Of a DNA stretch of 64,000 nt, positions 1 through 10,314 are shown in pieces. The position numbers and the translations under genes were made by a program. The DNA is from Nitrosopumilus sp. (GTDB taxonomy: Archaea > Thermoproteota > Nitrososphaeria > Nitrososphaerales > Nitrosopumilaceae): the NCBI GenBank assembly GCA_965214775.1, contig OZ243974.1, forward strand, positions 160,001 through 224,000. Reading direction: 5' to 3'. The notes under the pieces are model-generated. The model made no database searches and had not been told where the DNA came from. It saw only the letters and a list, made by a program, of their open reading frames with translations. The first letter of the stretch is position 1. Each line of letters starts with the position of its first letter.

Positions 1-1545
1 CGTAAACACTGCATCAAAATAATTATCAGAATACGATAAAGAGGTTGCAGACTCTTGAATTATTTTTGAGGCAGGTTCCATTATACTAGAGCAGTGTTCT
101 ACCCCTCTCAGTACCCAATCTTGAATATTTTTCCACCCTACACTCGTAAACGGATTGAGCTCCACATAGTCCCAAGCCATTTGTAACGCTTGTCTTCCAA
201 AAACGTGCTCAATCTTTTCCCCGACTACATTATATAAAACCAGATTGGTGTTCTTGTCTGCTAGTCTGTCCAGCATGATTGCCAGGTATGCCGTAACCGC
301 CTTTGCATATTCCTCATCATATTCTTCATCCAGCATGAGCTGGTGTGCCATCCTGATCTTCTCTAGAAACACAGTCATCGCAAGGGCTTGACGTGTGTTG
401 AACAGATCAGACCATTTGGTTATCTTATACATCATTGGTATTGTATATCTCCAATATGATCCGCCTTGTACGTGTTCCTTGTTTTCAGGGGTTGGGATTA
501 TCTCGTCAGGTATAGGGTTTATGTCATACTCTTTTGACATTCTTTTCGCGTCAAGGTATTTTACGGCAGATTGGAACAGCTTCAAATCAGATTCGTTTGC
601 AGGACGGTATTTCTTTCCCGGCATTCCGTTTTTGCTTGTAACCACTGCTATCTGTTTCTCCCATGACTCCATTCTCCAAAAGATATCCTTCAATGTCTTG
701 GGATCTATTACCGTACCGCATGCAATGCACACTGTAGTTGCCCTTGATATGGTGCCCCTGTTGGGATCAAAGTCTGCAGGCATCTCATCGTATCCCGTAC
801 CGACAATATTGAACCTGATTTTTTTTCGATCAACGCGTGGATATACTGCTATCTTTTTGTTTTCCTTTTTGACAAGCCAGTAGCTGCGCATCAACGGAAT
901 CTCCGTACCGCATTTTGGGTTCTGGCAGGAAATGGTTCTGGCAGTGATATACCCTACCGAGACAGAATCGTCCCCTTCTGTGTAAAACTTGCCAATCTCC
1001 TCAAGTGATCTGTCAAATACCCAATCAGACCATTTTTTGATGTCATCAAGCAGTGGATTCCTTCCATCGTTGAGAGCCAGGCTGTTTTCCTTGTGTGTTC
1101 TGCCAAACTTTTGTGGGTACTCCAGAGTGCACTTTTGAATCAATATGGCCACGGGGTTGATGTCAGACGAGTATGTCTCACAGCCAAGGCGTAATGCCTC
1201 AAGCGGTATGGAGCCGCCACCGCCGAACGGATCCAAGACCTTGGGAGCAACTCCCCCATTATTCTCTAGGATCTCCTTTTGTATTCTGGAGATTAGTTCG
1301 TGATTCTGGACGCTTTCCCATTTGGACAGTTCTGCGATCAGGGAGTTTTTTGTGCCCCATTCCTCAATGTTCTTTGGCGGATTCACCAGGGACGCATAGA
1401 TGGTGGCCCGTGACGAGGCCAACGGGCGCCGCGCCCACCACAGATGAAGCGTCGATATGTGCCCGTGACGTATTGATTTTTCCCTAGATGATTCCTTGCT
1501 GACCTCCCTTACCGGAAAGATCTCGCCGATGAGTCTGCGCTTCAT
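1..1545 (-). CDS. DUF1156-type adenine DNA methyltransferase with Zn ribbon (3' end runs off window)
   Basis: Not in ORF track. Manual translation from ATG at 1545 gives MKRRLIGEIFPVREVSKESSREKSIRHGHISTLHLWWARRPLASSRA (DUF1156 signature), SAM motif DPFGGGGSIP and CQNPKC Zn ribbon. ATGA overlap with helicase stop. Confidence 0.9.
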   Translation of the reverse strand, partial: MKRRLIGEIFPVREVSKESSREKSIRHGHISTLHLWWARRPLASSRATIYASLVNPPKNIEEWGTKNSLIAELSKWESVQNHELISRIQKEILENNGGVAPKVLDPFGGGGSIPLEALRLGCETYSSDINPVAILIQKCTLEYPQKFGRTHKENSLALNDGRNPLLDDIKKWSDWVFDRSLEEIGKFYTEGDDSVSVGYITARTISCQNPKCGTEIPLMRSYWLVKKENKKIAVYPRVDRKKIRFNIVGTGYDEMPADFDPNRGTISRATTVCIACGTVIDPKTLKDIFWRMESWEKQIAVVTSKNGMPGKKYRPANESDLKLFQSAVKYLDAKRMSKEYDINPIPDEIIPTPENKEHVQGGSYWRYTIPMMYKITKWSDLFNTRQALAMTVFLEKIRMAHQLMLDEEYDEEYAKAVTAYLAIMLDRLADKNTNLVLYNVVGEKIEHVFGRQALQMAWDYVELNPFTSVGWKNIQDWVLRGVEHCSSIMEPASKIIQESATSLSYSDNYFDAVFT

Positions 1546-4500
1546 TGCGCCTTTTTCCGTATCTCCTCTGGGCTGACAAAGTACCGTACCACCTTTGAGT
1601 CGGCCTCTAGGTTCTTTGCGGGATTTTGTATGATGATTGGTCTGGCTCCGGGTTTTGTCGCGTTCCACACCACATACAGATAGTATGCTTCTCCCATCTG
1701 CGATGCCTGGTACCACTCGTTTGTGGTCAGCGCGACGGATCCCTCTCCTGCCCTTGCCTTGACTTCTATGTACCGTGTATAGTCGTCTTTGTTGGAACGC
1801 ACGTCAAATCCCAGGTTCTCCTTTGATACGTCATGTGGTTCCCTTCCCTCGCTTCTCTCAAACTCCATTGCCACCCTCATGCCTGCACGCTCCACATCGG
1901 GGTCGTTTTGCATCTCCTGTCCGCCGGCTGTCACTAGCGGCTTTATGCGTATTATTCCCGCAAATGAGGGCGTGCTCATAGTAAGGCTCTGCTCCTTTTT
2001 TATGGTCTCCTCAAGATCCTTCTTGCTCTCCTCGTACCGCTTTTTCTTCTCCTCCTTGTTTCTGATTGCAAGATCCACGTTGTCTCCATTGTCCTTGCGG
2101 ATCTGTAGATCCCCCAGATTGTTGTCCAAGTCCCTGATTGACTGGCTGAGTGATTCTACCCCGTATTTTCGTTTTATCTCGGCTTGGCGATCGCGCTCTT
2201 TTTGCAGCTCCTCGTTATACTCCTCCAAGGACTTCATCACGTGTTCTAGTACGCCGGTCTTTATGCGGTCTATATCCACCGGAACCCTGCTTTTCTCCTC
2301 GGATTCCTTCAGATCCCACACTATGATTGGATGGACGGGTCTGACCGTGCCTGATTTTTCATCAACAAAATGAGAGAACAGCTTTTTTCCCGCGATTTGG
2401 TTTGTTCCATCCCTTACCTCGCCCTCCTGAAACACCACGTATCCGTCAAGCCCGTTTGGATCCAGGAAGGTTGCGCCACGCCGCATCTCATGACCAAAGC
2501 TCTTGTCGATCCAATACAGTACTGCCTCAAAGAGCGGGTGGCCAAACGTGATAAAATCCGAGTCCGGATGCTTGAAGGCCGTCTCCTTGTCAAACGTGGC
2601 CTTTGGATATGATCTAATCAGCGTACCAAACCGTTTTTTGAAGTCATCTGTCTCTGCAATGCTTCGGATTTCATACGGTATCGAATCGATTGTGATAAAT
2701 CCATCCTTGCGGGTGTGAAGCTTGCCATCTGCACGCAAAAACGCCCTTTTAAACAACTCCTCGGTGTACTTGGGAATAAGCTTGTTTTCAAGTGCTTTTG
2801 CCTTCATCTCCTTCATGCCGGTATGGTCAATATACTTGGTTGCAAGGCTGTCTCCAAGTTTGTCTTTTATGCCTGCAATGTATTCATCATCCACATTTAT
2901 GTCCAGATCCATGATGATCTCGTCCTGGGAGCGCGCATTGGCAGCGGCGTCTACCAACAGTTGTGTAAGGCTCTTGCCAGGAAGTATTTCACTTATCACG
3001 TCAAACACCTTGTCGCTTGACATTATCTGCTTGATCTCATCGAGCTTCTCAAAGAGCTTGATCATTATCTGGCCTTCACGGGTATCTGATGCCACCATGT
3101 TGAACACCGTTACCTCGCGCTGCTGTCCGTATCTGTGTATTCTGCCCATGCGCTGTTCAAGTCTGTTAGGGTTCCACGGGAGATCATAGTTTATCATGAG
3201 ATGGCAGAACTGTAGGTTTATGCCTTCACCGGCTGCTTCTGTAGCCACCATGATCTGAGTCTGGTTTTTGAATACGGCCTCTGCCTTTACCCGCTCTTCA
3301 AGCGGCATGTTGCCATGAATCGTATTGACCGAATACCCCCAACCCAGTATCTTTCCCTCGATATACTGCAGCGTGTCCTTTGATTCCGTAAATATCAGGA
3401 TCTTTTTCTTGGAGCTTTCCTTGCTCATGTCAGACAGTGTGTTCCTTAGCTGGCTCAGCTTTGTCTCATTCTCATCGTCGATTATCTTTTGGGCCTGTGA
3501 TATCAGCCTGCCAAGGGTCGATATCTCATTTTCCAGCTCGTGTCTGTTCTCTGCCACGCTCAGGGTCTCCCATACTGCCTCCTTTTCCCAGCGATCCTCC
3601 TCACTCATGTCATCCAAATCATCCTCGGTGTACACCTTGGACGGATTTGGCTCATCCTTGACGGCTCCCTCCAGCATCTTTTCGAGTCTATACCTCCTAC
3701 GATCCAGGGATCTTAGGAGAGCGTATGTGCTTGAGGCCATCCTGCGCTGTAATATCAGGAGGGCAAACCCGATGTGTCGCTTTTTGTCTGATTTCAATGC
3801 CTTGTCGTATTGTTCCTTGACGTATACGGACACATCGTTATACAGATTCTTTTCCGGATCAGACAGCAGTATGTCCGGTGTCTGAACCACCCGCGGGACA
3901 AACAGGGGATTGCCCTCAAAGTCAGTCATGTCTTCTTTGATCCTGCGGAGAAACAATGGATTGTCTTGGCTGTTCAGGGACTCTTTTATCATGGCAGCGG
4001 TCTTGAAAAAACCCGGGTTTAACAGGTCAAGAAAAAGCCTAAAGTTTTCCGGATCACCCCTGTGTGGTGTGGCCGTAAGAAACAGCAGGTGTTCGCTGTT
4101 TTTAGAAAGGATCTCCCCCAGTCTGTACCGGCCGGTTTTTTCCGTCTTTTCCCCGTACTTTACGGCGCTCATCTTGTGCGCCTCGTCCACCACTATAAGG
4201 TCAAACTCGGAATTGGCCAGTGATGGGAGAATCTCCTCGCGCTTTGCAAAGTCAATTGATGTGATTATCTGGTTTTCTTTCATCCATGCATTCTCTGCAT
4301 ATTGAGCCCTCATGTAACTGCGTGAAACTACTGTAAACGTTTCAGAAAACCGATCCCTTAGCTCCCTGCTCCACTGATCCTTGAGGTGTCCAGGAACCAC
4401 GATCAGTATGCGCCGGATTATCCTGCGCATTTTCAACTCTTTGATTATCAACCCGGCCATGATCGTCTTTCCGGCTCCGGGATCATGTGCCAGAAGGAAC

Positions 4501-4862
4501 CTTATCTTGGGCATCCTAAGCACGTATCCGTACACGGCCTCGATCTGGTGTGGAAGAGGATCCACCTTGGATGCGTTCATTGCAAGTAGCGGATCATACA
4601 AGGAGGCAAACCGGTATCTCTTTGACTCAAGTGCCAAGAAGATCTTCCATGCCTCGCTCGTAAAGTCTGTTGAAACGGTTTGCGTGCTCAGATCAGCAAG
4701 GTCACTCTTGCGGATCATTTGATCAACCGGCTCGTTTGATATGGTAGTAGTGGCAACCAGTTGGACATAGTCCCCGTGCGGGACCACTTTTTTGACGTGA
4801 ATTGGTTCTGGCCATTTTGATCCCGTAACCACGATGCCGGATTTTAATTCGTCAACGTTCAA
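1542..4862 (-). CDS. SNF2/SWI2 helicase with C-terminal DUF3883 (NOV_C-like) nuclease domain
   Basis: DPLPHQ, HDPGAGKT, DEAH, LTATP, TEAAGEGINLQ, QRMGRIHR motifs; C-terminal GFDVRS...RYIEVKAR...LTTNEW. Confidence 0.92.
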   Translation of the reverse strand: MNVDELKSGIVVTGSKWPEPIHVKKVVPHGDYVQLVATTTISNEPVDQMIRKSDLADLSTQTVSTDFTSEAWKIFLALESKRYRFASLYDPLLAMNASKVDPLPHQIEAVYGYVLRMPKIRFLLAHDPGAGKTIMAGLIIKELKMRRIIRRILIVVPGHLKDQWSRELRDRFSETFTVVSRSYMRAQYAENAWMKENQIITSIDFAKREEILPSLANSEFDLIVVDEAHKMSAVKYGEKTEKTGRYRLGEILSKNSEHLLFLTATPHRGDPENFRLFLDLLNPGFFKTAAMIKESLNSQDNPLFLRRIKEDMTDFEGNPLFVPRVVQTPDILLSDPEKNLYNDVSVYVKEQYDKALKSDKKRHIGFALLILQRRMASSTYALLRSLDRRRYRLEKMLEGAVKDEPNPSKVYTEDDLDDMSEEDRWEKEAVWETLSVAENRHELENEISTLGRLISQAQKIIDDENETKLSQLRNTLSDMSKESSKKKILIFTESKDTLQYIEGKILGWGYSVNTIHGNMPLEERVKAEAVFKNQTQIMVATEAAGEGINLQFCHLMINYDLPWNPNRLEQRMGRIHRYGQQREVTVFNMVASDTREGQIMIKLFEKLDEIKQIMSSDKVFDVISEILPGKSLTQLLVDAAANARSQDEIIMDLDINVDDEYIAGIKDKLGDSLATKYIDHTGMKEMKAKALENKLIPKYTEELFKRAFLRADGKLHTRKDGFITIDSIPYEIRSIAETDDFKKRFGTLIRSYPKATFDKETAFKHPDSDFITFGHPLFEAVLYWIDKSFGHEMRRGATFLDPNGLDGYVVFQEGEVRDGTNQIAGKKLFSHFVDEKSGTVRPVHPIIVWDLKESEEKSRVPVDIDRIKTGVLEHVMKSLEEYNEELQKERDRQAEIKRKYGVESLSQSIRDLDNNLGDLQIRKDNGDNVDLAIRNKEEKKKRYEESKKDLEETIKKEQSLTMSTPSFAGIIRIKPLVTAGGQEMQNDPDVERAGMRVAMEFERSEGREPHDVSKENLGFDVRSNKDDYTRYIEVKARAGEGSVALTTNEWYQASQMGEAYYLYVVWNATKPGARPIIIQNPAKNLEADSKVVRYFVSPEEIRKKAQ

Positions 4863-4871
4863 TGCTCATCC

Positions 4872-7415
4872 TCATCCACTCAGGTCATTTTCTGAGTCGT
4901 CGACTACTCCCATCTGTTCCAGTGTCTCACGTATTCTTTTGAGATCCGCATCCGTCATGGAACCGTTCTTGGCATTTATTCCAAGGCGGATAGACTTGAA
5001 CTTCTCATTCAATAGGCGCATTATGCCCCATGCATCGTTTAGCTTGCCTTCTGGAACGTCAAACGTATGATCAAACTCATTTACTGATTTTGTGTCGACA
5101 GGGTGAGGTTTGTCGGGTTCATTGTCGACGGGTTCTGGTTCTGGATCAGCTCTCGATATCGTGACTGACTCCTTTGTACACATAGAATCGTGTATGATGA
5201 TCTCGTTATCTGCAAATGCCACGGATGAATCATCTTTGAAGAACTTGCATGATGGTTTTTCGTCAATCAGCTCACCTAGACCAAATGTTCCATTTTTAAC
5301 GCCTTCTGTGATCGAGTCTTCTATGACATTCCTGCCTGTAGGCCTTCGACTTCCCCTGGTACTGAGCATCAGTTCGTACATCGATGCAGTTCTTGTGAAT
5401 TTACAGTGTTTTAGGTACTCATCCTTCAAAATAAGTGCGCCTACCTTCTCGTGAATCTGCTGCTCGGTGCCAAGTCGTTCAAACACGCGATCTGATATGC
5501 CAACCGATTCACCTACAGTAGGAATTCCCAGATCATACATATCACATGAGGTTTGAGTTGGAACGTAGAGATTTCTATAATATTTTTTTAGGGCGTGCGG
5601 TAGAGATGTTTTTTCTTTCTCCAACTCATTTTTGATATCCGTTTTTTGCTCTTCCCTTAGATTTAGACTTGAATCGGACATGATCTGTTTCAGTGCGATC
5701 ATGGCCTTGAGTTGGCTTACGAACTGCTTTCTCTCTGCTTCAGGAGGACACAAAAAGAATATAGAATTTCTGTATACGCGTGGTATGCCGTCACCCTTGT
5801 TCTCTAAAATATCTTCGCGTAGGCTCTGATCATCCTCAGATAAGATTACCAGCTTTAACGTGGGCGAATCCTCTACATCCTTGGGACTGGAGGGCCATAT
5901 GCTTGTACGAAGCCTCTGCCCCCCCCCCCCGATACTTGATTCCAGCAATATTTTTTCATTATCGCGTACTTCTTGGTCCGTAATGTTTTCCATCTTGTCT
6001 ATCCTGAGTCGGTTTATGTTAGGTTCGCTGGAAAAGAGATACCTGTCGTTTTCGCTCTTAAAATAGGACAGTTTGTTCTTGAATGTTGCAACGACGTCAC
6101 CTATTACACTTGAGTGCATGTTCCTGTTGGATGCGGCTCTTTTGATCTGATTCATCGTCGCACCGTTTGCACCACCGCCGGAAAAAGAGTACATGAAGAT
6201 CGCCGTTGCAGTCTTGATGCCAAGACGCAGTCCCTTATATGCGGCACCGACATCCTGTTCTGCACGCACCGCACCAGAGGAAGGATCTGTAATGTCCTTT
6301 GCTATGACACTGTCAAACTTGTCCCCTATGTGTCCTAGAAGCTCCCTTCTCATCTCGTCGTCTTTCAGATCAAAGTCAGACAGTGTGATGTATGGCCTCT
6401 CGCTATCCCTGAGAGAATAAACCACCATGGATAACAGTCTCAACACGCCTCTAGTTCGCTGAAACGACGGGAAGCTGCCCCAGTTCTGGTACAAGGCATC
6501 TATTACCTGAGGAAGAAACGGGTATGTCTGTTCGAATCTTTCCCTGTATTGTTTGGCGGTATTTTTTGGGGGAAGTATGGACTCTCTTTCACAGTAATCG
6601 ACAAAATCCGAGATTATCTCTTCTGCATCACTCTTTATGTCGCTTTCAGGTGTGGAAAACAGCCTAGCCCTTATGATATCGGGAACATCGGCCGGATCTG
6701 TTGGTGTAATCTTTTTCTCTTTTCGTCCGGCCACCTTGCGCAGTTGCAGTAATAACTCCTCTGCCGACGCCTTGTCGGCCATTTCATACACGCTTGCAGG
6801 AAAGCTAGCAACCACGCATACACGATCCAATCCAGATACAGCCTCGCTGAGCTGCTGCATGAATGTAATGGTCTGCTTTGCCAGTGTCGTCCCTTCAACT
6901 TTTATGCCGGCCCCGACTGAAACATGGGAAAACAACTCATCGATTAGGATTAGTACTGAACTGTGTTTTTCCAACACCTCATTTAATTTTTCCCTGCCCG
7001 GAGCCAGTTTTCCAGACAGCTTGTCTATCTTCCCATCCAGCTGCTTCTCAATCATTTCCCACACCGTGTCATCGGGGCTCATGGATGTGCCTACAATGAC
7101 AACTTGCTTGGCCCCCCATTGTTTCGCACGGTGATACAAAGCTATCATGGCGTGGGTCTTGCCTCCGCCAAAGGGAGTCTCAATATGCATGAATCCATCT
7201 CCGCTCTTGCCCTGTAGCCTATTTTGCACATTGTCTAGGATTGTTTGAAGATTCTTTGTAATGTGGGTTTTTTTAAAGAATGTTTTTGGATCGTTATACT
7301 CTTCAGAACCCCTCTTTTTGAACGTGTCCCACAAATCAGCTGCAAACACATCCATAGCGAGCTTCTTGTTTAGGATATCGGCATGTGGAACCGCAATAGT
7401 ATGAAATGCTTTCAT
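4872..7415 (-). CDS. DUF499 AAA+ ATPase (BREX-related defence ATPase)
   Basis: N-terminal PHADI...FAADL, Walker A TPFGGGKTH, Walker B LILIDE, YPFLP and FQRTRGVLRLL motifs. Confidence 0.9.
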   Translation of the reverse strand: MKAFHTIAVPHADILNKKLAMDVFAADLWDTFKKRGSEEYNDPKTFFKKTHITKNLQTILDNVQNRLQGKSGDGFMHIETPFGGGKTHAMIALYHRAKQWGAKQVVIVGTSMSPDDTVWEMIEKQLDGKIDKLSGKLAPGREKLNEVLEKHSSVLILIDELFSHVSVGAGIKVEGTTLAKQTITFMQQLSEAVSGLDRVCVVASFPASVYEMADKASAEELLLQLRKVAGRKEKKITPTDPADVPDIIRARLFSTPESDIKSDAEEIISDFVDYCERESILPPKNTAKQYRERFEQTYPFLPQVIDALYQNWGSFPSFQRTRGVLRLLSMVVYSLRDSERPYITLSDFDLKDDEMRRELLGHIGDKFDSVIAKDITDPSSGAVRAEQDVGAAYKGLRLGIKTATAIFMYSFSGGGANGATMNQIKRAASNRNMHSSVIGDVVATFKNKLSYFKSENDRYLFSSEPNINRLRIDKMENITDQEVRDNEKILLESSIGGGGQRLRTSIWPSSPKDVEDSPTLKLVILSEDDQSLREDILENKGDGIPRVYRNSIFFLCPPEAERKQFVSQLKAMIALKQIMSDSSLNLREEQKTDIKNELEKEKTSLPHALKKYYRNLYVPTQTSCDMYDLGIPTVGESVGISDRVFERLGTEQQIHEKVGALILKDEYLKHCKFTRTASMYELMLSTRGSRRPTGRNVIEDSITEGVKNGTFGLGELIDEKPSCKFFKDDSSVAFADNEIIIHDSMCTKESVTISRADPEPEPVDNEPDKPHPVDTKSVNEFDHTFDVPEGKLNDAWGIMRLLNEKFKSIRLGINAKNGSMTDADLKRIRETLEQMGVVDDSENDLSG
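5919..5930 (-). repeat. G12 homopolymer inside DUF499 CDS
   Basis: C12 on + strand, encodes in-frame GGGG (SSIGGGGQRL). Confidence 0.9.
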
Positions 7416-7457
7416 GTGATATTATCGATATTGTATCAGTTTTATATCTAATGACTC

Positions 7458-7599
7458 CGTGCCTGGCCCTGGCCAACCAAGTAGGAATTTTCATGCGGTG
7501 GTGGTTTTTGTGTCTGGCCAGCTTGGTCAATATCGTCTACATTTCTTGGTTTTAGGCCCGATTATGGCACGTTTTACCTGGCTGGTCATGGCAGGCCCG
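7458..7599. repeat. Degenerate MITE-like element with ~26-bp imperfect terminal inverted repeats at the defence-locus boundary
   Basis: cgtgcctggccctggccaaccaagta vs reverse complement of right end cgggcctgccatgaccagccaggta (~20/26); no clear target duplication. Confidence 0.35.
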
Positions 7600-7698
7600 A
7601 CTAGCAATGCTATTAATTTCAGATCTGCAAAAGTCTTGTGTGAATCTTGCAGATTTTCCTGAATCCAGATTTTCTTGACGCTTGGATGATTCTAAAAG

Positions 7699-8586
7699 CT
7701 AGAACAAGGGAACATGAAATGCGGCATCCAATGCCACTGCCACAAAGATAATTGTCAGATAAGGGGCAGTAACTTTGTATGCTTTCCAGGCAAATTCGGG
7801 CGTGGGGGTTTTTGTCAATCTGTAATGGTATGCAAGCATCAAACCTCCAGATACTGCTGCAATAACAGCATAAACAACGCCCATGCCATCTGGAACAAGC
7901 GAGAGAACCAGGGAATACGGAAGCAGGATTACGGTGTTGCCCAAGATGTACTTTGAAGTTTTTTGCATTCCAATAACAACTGGCAGCATCGGAACCTTAG
8001 CTTGTGCATATTCGTCTTTGATCTTCATTGCAAGACACCAAAAGTGTGACGGAGTCCAGACAAACACCAAAAAGCCGACCAGGAATCCCAAAAGATCCAT
8101 GCTGCCAGTTGCAGCTGCCCATCCGGCCCATGCTGCCGCACTTCCAGCAATGCCGCCGACTACGATGTTTGAAGTGTTCAGGCGCTTCAGCCAGACAGTG
8201 TAAACGACCACATATGAGAAGATCCCGACTGCAATAAAGAATGCAGATACCGGGTTTAGCAAAAAAAAGCCGTAAATAACGGAGATGCAGCTGACTGCCA
8301 GTCCGTAAACTAAAACGTGTGATGCGGCCATCCTTCCAGACGGGATAGGCCTTGAACTTGTCCGGGTCATTTTTGGATCAATGTCTTTGTCATAATAATG
8401 ATTCAAGGCACTAGAGCCGGCCGATGCCAAAGCTCCGGCAACGATAATGTGCAGGTATGCCCAATAATCAAGCTCAGGTGCCCCTGAAACCAGTCTGCTT
8501 GCTGCAAACATGGAAGTTACAGCAGTTATTACCAAGAGAACCACGATTCGGGGTTTGGATATCTCCATTACTTCGTTAAATCCCAA
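7699..8586 (-). CDS. ctaB: protoheme IX farnesyltransferase (heme o synthase)
   Basis: KPRIV, NHYYDKDIDPKMTRTSSRPIPSG, WTPSHFW, VPMLPV motifs. Confidence 0.93.
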   Translation of the reverse strand: MGFNEVMEISKPRIVVLLVITAVTSMFAASRLVSGAPELDYWAYLHIIVAGALASAGSSALNHYYDKDIDPKMTRTSSRPIPSGRMAASHVLVYGLAVSCISVIYGFFLLNPVSAFFIAVGIFSYVVVYTVWLKRLNTSNIVVGGIAGSAAAWAGWAAATGSMDLLGFLVGFLVFVWTPSHFWCLAMKIKDEYAQAKVPMLPVVIGMQKTSKYILGNTVILLPYSLVLSLVPDGMGVVYAVIAAVSGGLMLAYHYRLTKTPTPEFAWKAYKVTAPYLTIIFVAVALDAAFHVPLF

Positions 8587-8688
8587 CTCACTGTATCCTC
8601 TTCCAAAGCCATTTAATTTATTCGTCTGCGAGATCCGTTGGATTTCATCAAAAGGAATAAGTATCTAAGACCTACCAGCTAACGTTAA

Positions 8689-9483
8689 ATGAGTAATTGG
8701 GATCTCATGATGCCAGGAATGGGACTTACGGCCATAGGCTTGGCCGGATTGACCTTATCTTATGCCGGCTTGGCACACACATTCATCGATGGAATGCATG
8801 CCCTGACCGGTTTGACCATGTTTGTAGGCCTGATCTTCCTGGCGACAGGCATTCTTGATGGAGGGATCTCGACCAGCAACAGGGCAAAGGCTACGGTTTT
8901 GGTAATTTTATCCATCTCACTTGGGTTTGGCATGTTTGCACTGACCTGGAACACGTCAGATTACACAATCACATTGGCAGGAATCCTGATGGCAATTGCA
9001 TTCCCATCAATTATCATTGCATACCTGGCAATGAAGCATCCAACCTTGCTAAAACCGGTTGGTTCAATTGTCGGAATGGCAGGGGCCACCGGAATCATCA
9101 TGTGGTTTGCATTTGGATTTGTCAGTCCTGATCAATACATGATGCCGCAGGCCACCGAAGTTGATGAACCGGCAGAAGAGGAGGTTGCGCCAAAAGGACC
9201 GGTATTTGCAATCGAAATACTAGAAGGTTCTGCAACAAAGGGAAACCCAGACTATGATCCTGATGTTGCAACAGTCTCACAGGGACATGTTATTGAATGG
9301 ACCAATGCAGATTCCGTAATACACACAGCTACAAGTTTTGAAGACCAGGGAGAAACATTTGACACAGGCCTGATGGATGCAGGTGAAGTTTATTCTTTAG
9401 ATACGACTGATATTGCTCCGGGTGAATACGAGTATTTTTGTCTGGTTCACCCATGGATGATTGCAACTCTTAACGTAGAATAG
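8689..9483 (+). CDS. membrane protein with C-terminal plastocyanin-like blue copper domain
   Basis: 5 hydrophobic helices, then WTNADSVIHTATS...YFCLVHPWM copper ligands. Confidence 0.88.
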   Translation: MSNWDLMMPGMGLTAIGLAGLTLSYAGLAHTFIDGMHALTGLTMFVGLIFLATGILDGGISTSNRAKATVLVILSISLGFGMFALTWNTSDYTITLAGILMAIAFPSIIIAYLAMKHPTLLKPVGSIVGMAGATGIIMWFAFGFVSPDQYMMPQATEVDEPAEEEVAPKGPVFAIEILEGSATKGNPDYDPDVATVSQGHVIEWTNADSVIHTATSFEDQGETFDTGLMDAGEVYSLDTTDIAPGEYEYFCLVHPWMIATLNVE

Positions 9484-9485
9484 AT

Positions 9486-9878
9486 TTGCAGAAGATATTT
9501 TTACCTCAATCAATTTTAGAAAACCTGAAAAAACATGCTGAAAATGAAAAGCCAAACGAGTCATGTGCCATGCTGTTTGGAAAAGAAAACAGGGTCTCAT
9601 ACACATTTCTAACAGAAAACATGGAAGAATCACCCGTAAAATTCACAATCCCAAACGAACAGCTGATCAAAGGATACAAAATTGCCAAAGAAAAAGGTCT
9701 TGAAATGGTGGGGATCTTTCACTCACATCCGAATTCAGCGGCATTCCCGTCAGACAAAGACAGAAAATTCATGGAGATCAATCCGGTTGCCTGGATAATT
9801 TATTCAGGAATCAACAAGGATTTCAGAGCGTTCGTTTTAGAGCAAGAAATCAAGGAAATAAAGATTTCAAAGGACTAA
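9486..9878 (+). CDS. JAB/MPN (M67) metalloprotease
   Basis: PNESC and FHSHP...PSDKD JAMM motif. Confidence 0.9.
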   Translation: MQKIFLPQSILENLKKHAENEKPNESCAMLFGKENRVSYTFLTENMEESPVKFTIPNEQLIKGYKIAKEKGLEMVGIFHSHPNSAAFPSDKDRKFMEINPVAWIIYSGINKDFRAFVLEQEIKEIKISKD

Positions 9879-10267
9879 CTCCGTAGAACAAAAGTGGCAG
9901 TCTCTCCTTTTGCTTTTTCCAAAATCCGTTTGTCAGGCGAAACGATTTTTCCAACAATATTGACAGGAGAGGCAGGAGTGATTTCACCGGGCTTTCCAAT
10001 CGGAGTTGGGCCATAAAACAAACATACTGCCTTGCCGGTTGGCCAGTATGCAACGTCGTTTAGTTCAACAAGAGATTTTGCATTTTCTTCTGGTTGAGCG
10101 ACAGGAGAACTTGACGAATAGACTTCGCCACCCCATACATGCAGATCCACGGTGAAAGGAAGCTTCTCAACGAATTCCTTTACAGTTTTCGGGGAGTTTG
10201 TATCGTCTAATTCGACGCGAATCGAAGAAGAGGAATCACGTAATTTGATTTCCATGTTGTACTTCAC
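9875..10267 (-). CDS. cyclophilin-like fold protein (DUF369)
   Basis: LPF...WGGEVY...DVAYWPTGKAVCLFYGPTP...PASPVNIVGKI. Confidence 0.85.
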   Translation of the reverse strand: MKYNMEIKLRDSSSSIRVELDDTNSPKTVKEFVEKLPFTVDLHVWGGEVYSSSSPVAQPEENAKSLVELNDVAYWPTGKAVCLFYGPTPIGKPGEITPASPVNIVGKIVSPDKRILEKAKGETATFVLRS

Positions 10268-10314
10268 AGTTTAATCTCAAAAATACAAGATAAAAATTTT
10301 GAATCTGACTGCTA

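Noticed and set aside
395-1487. + strand ORFs 395..883 and 1173..1487
   Set aside because: Shadows of the minus-strand DUF1156 methylase that the ORF track missed.
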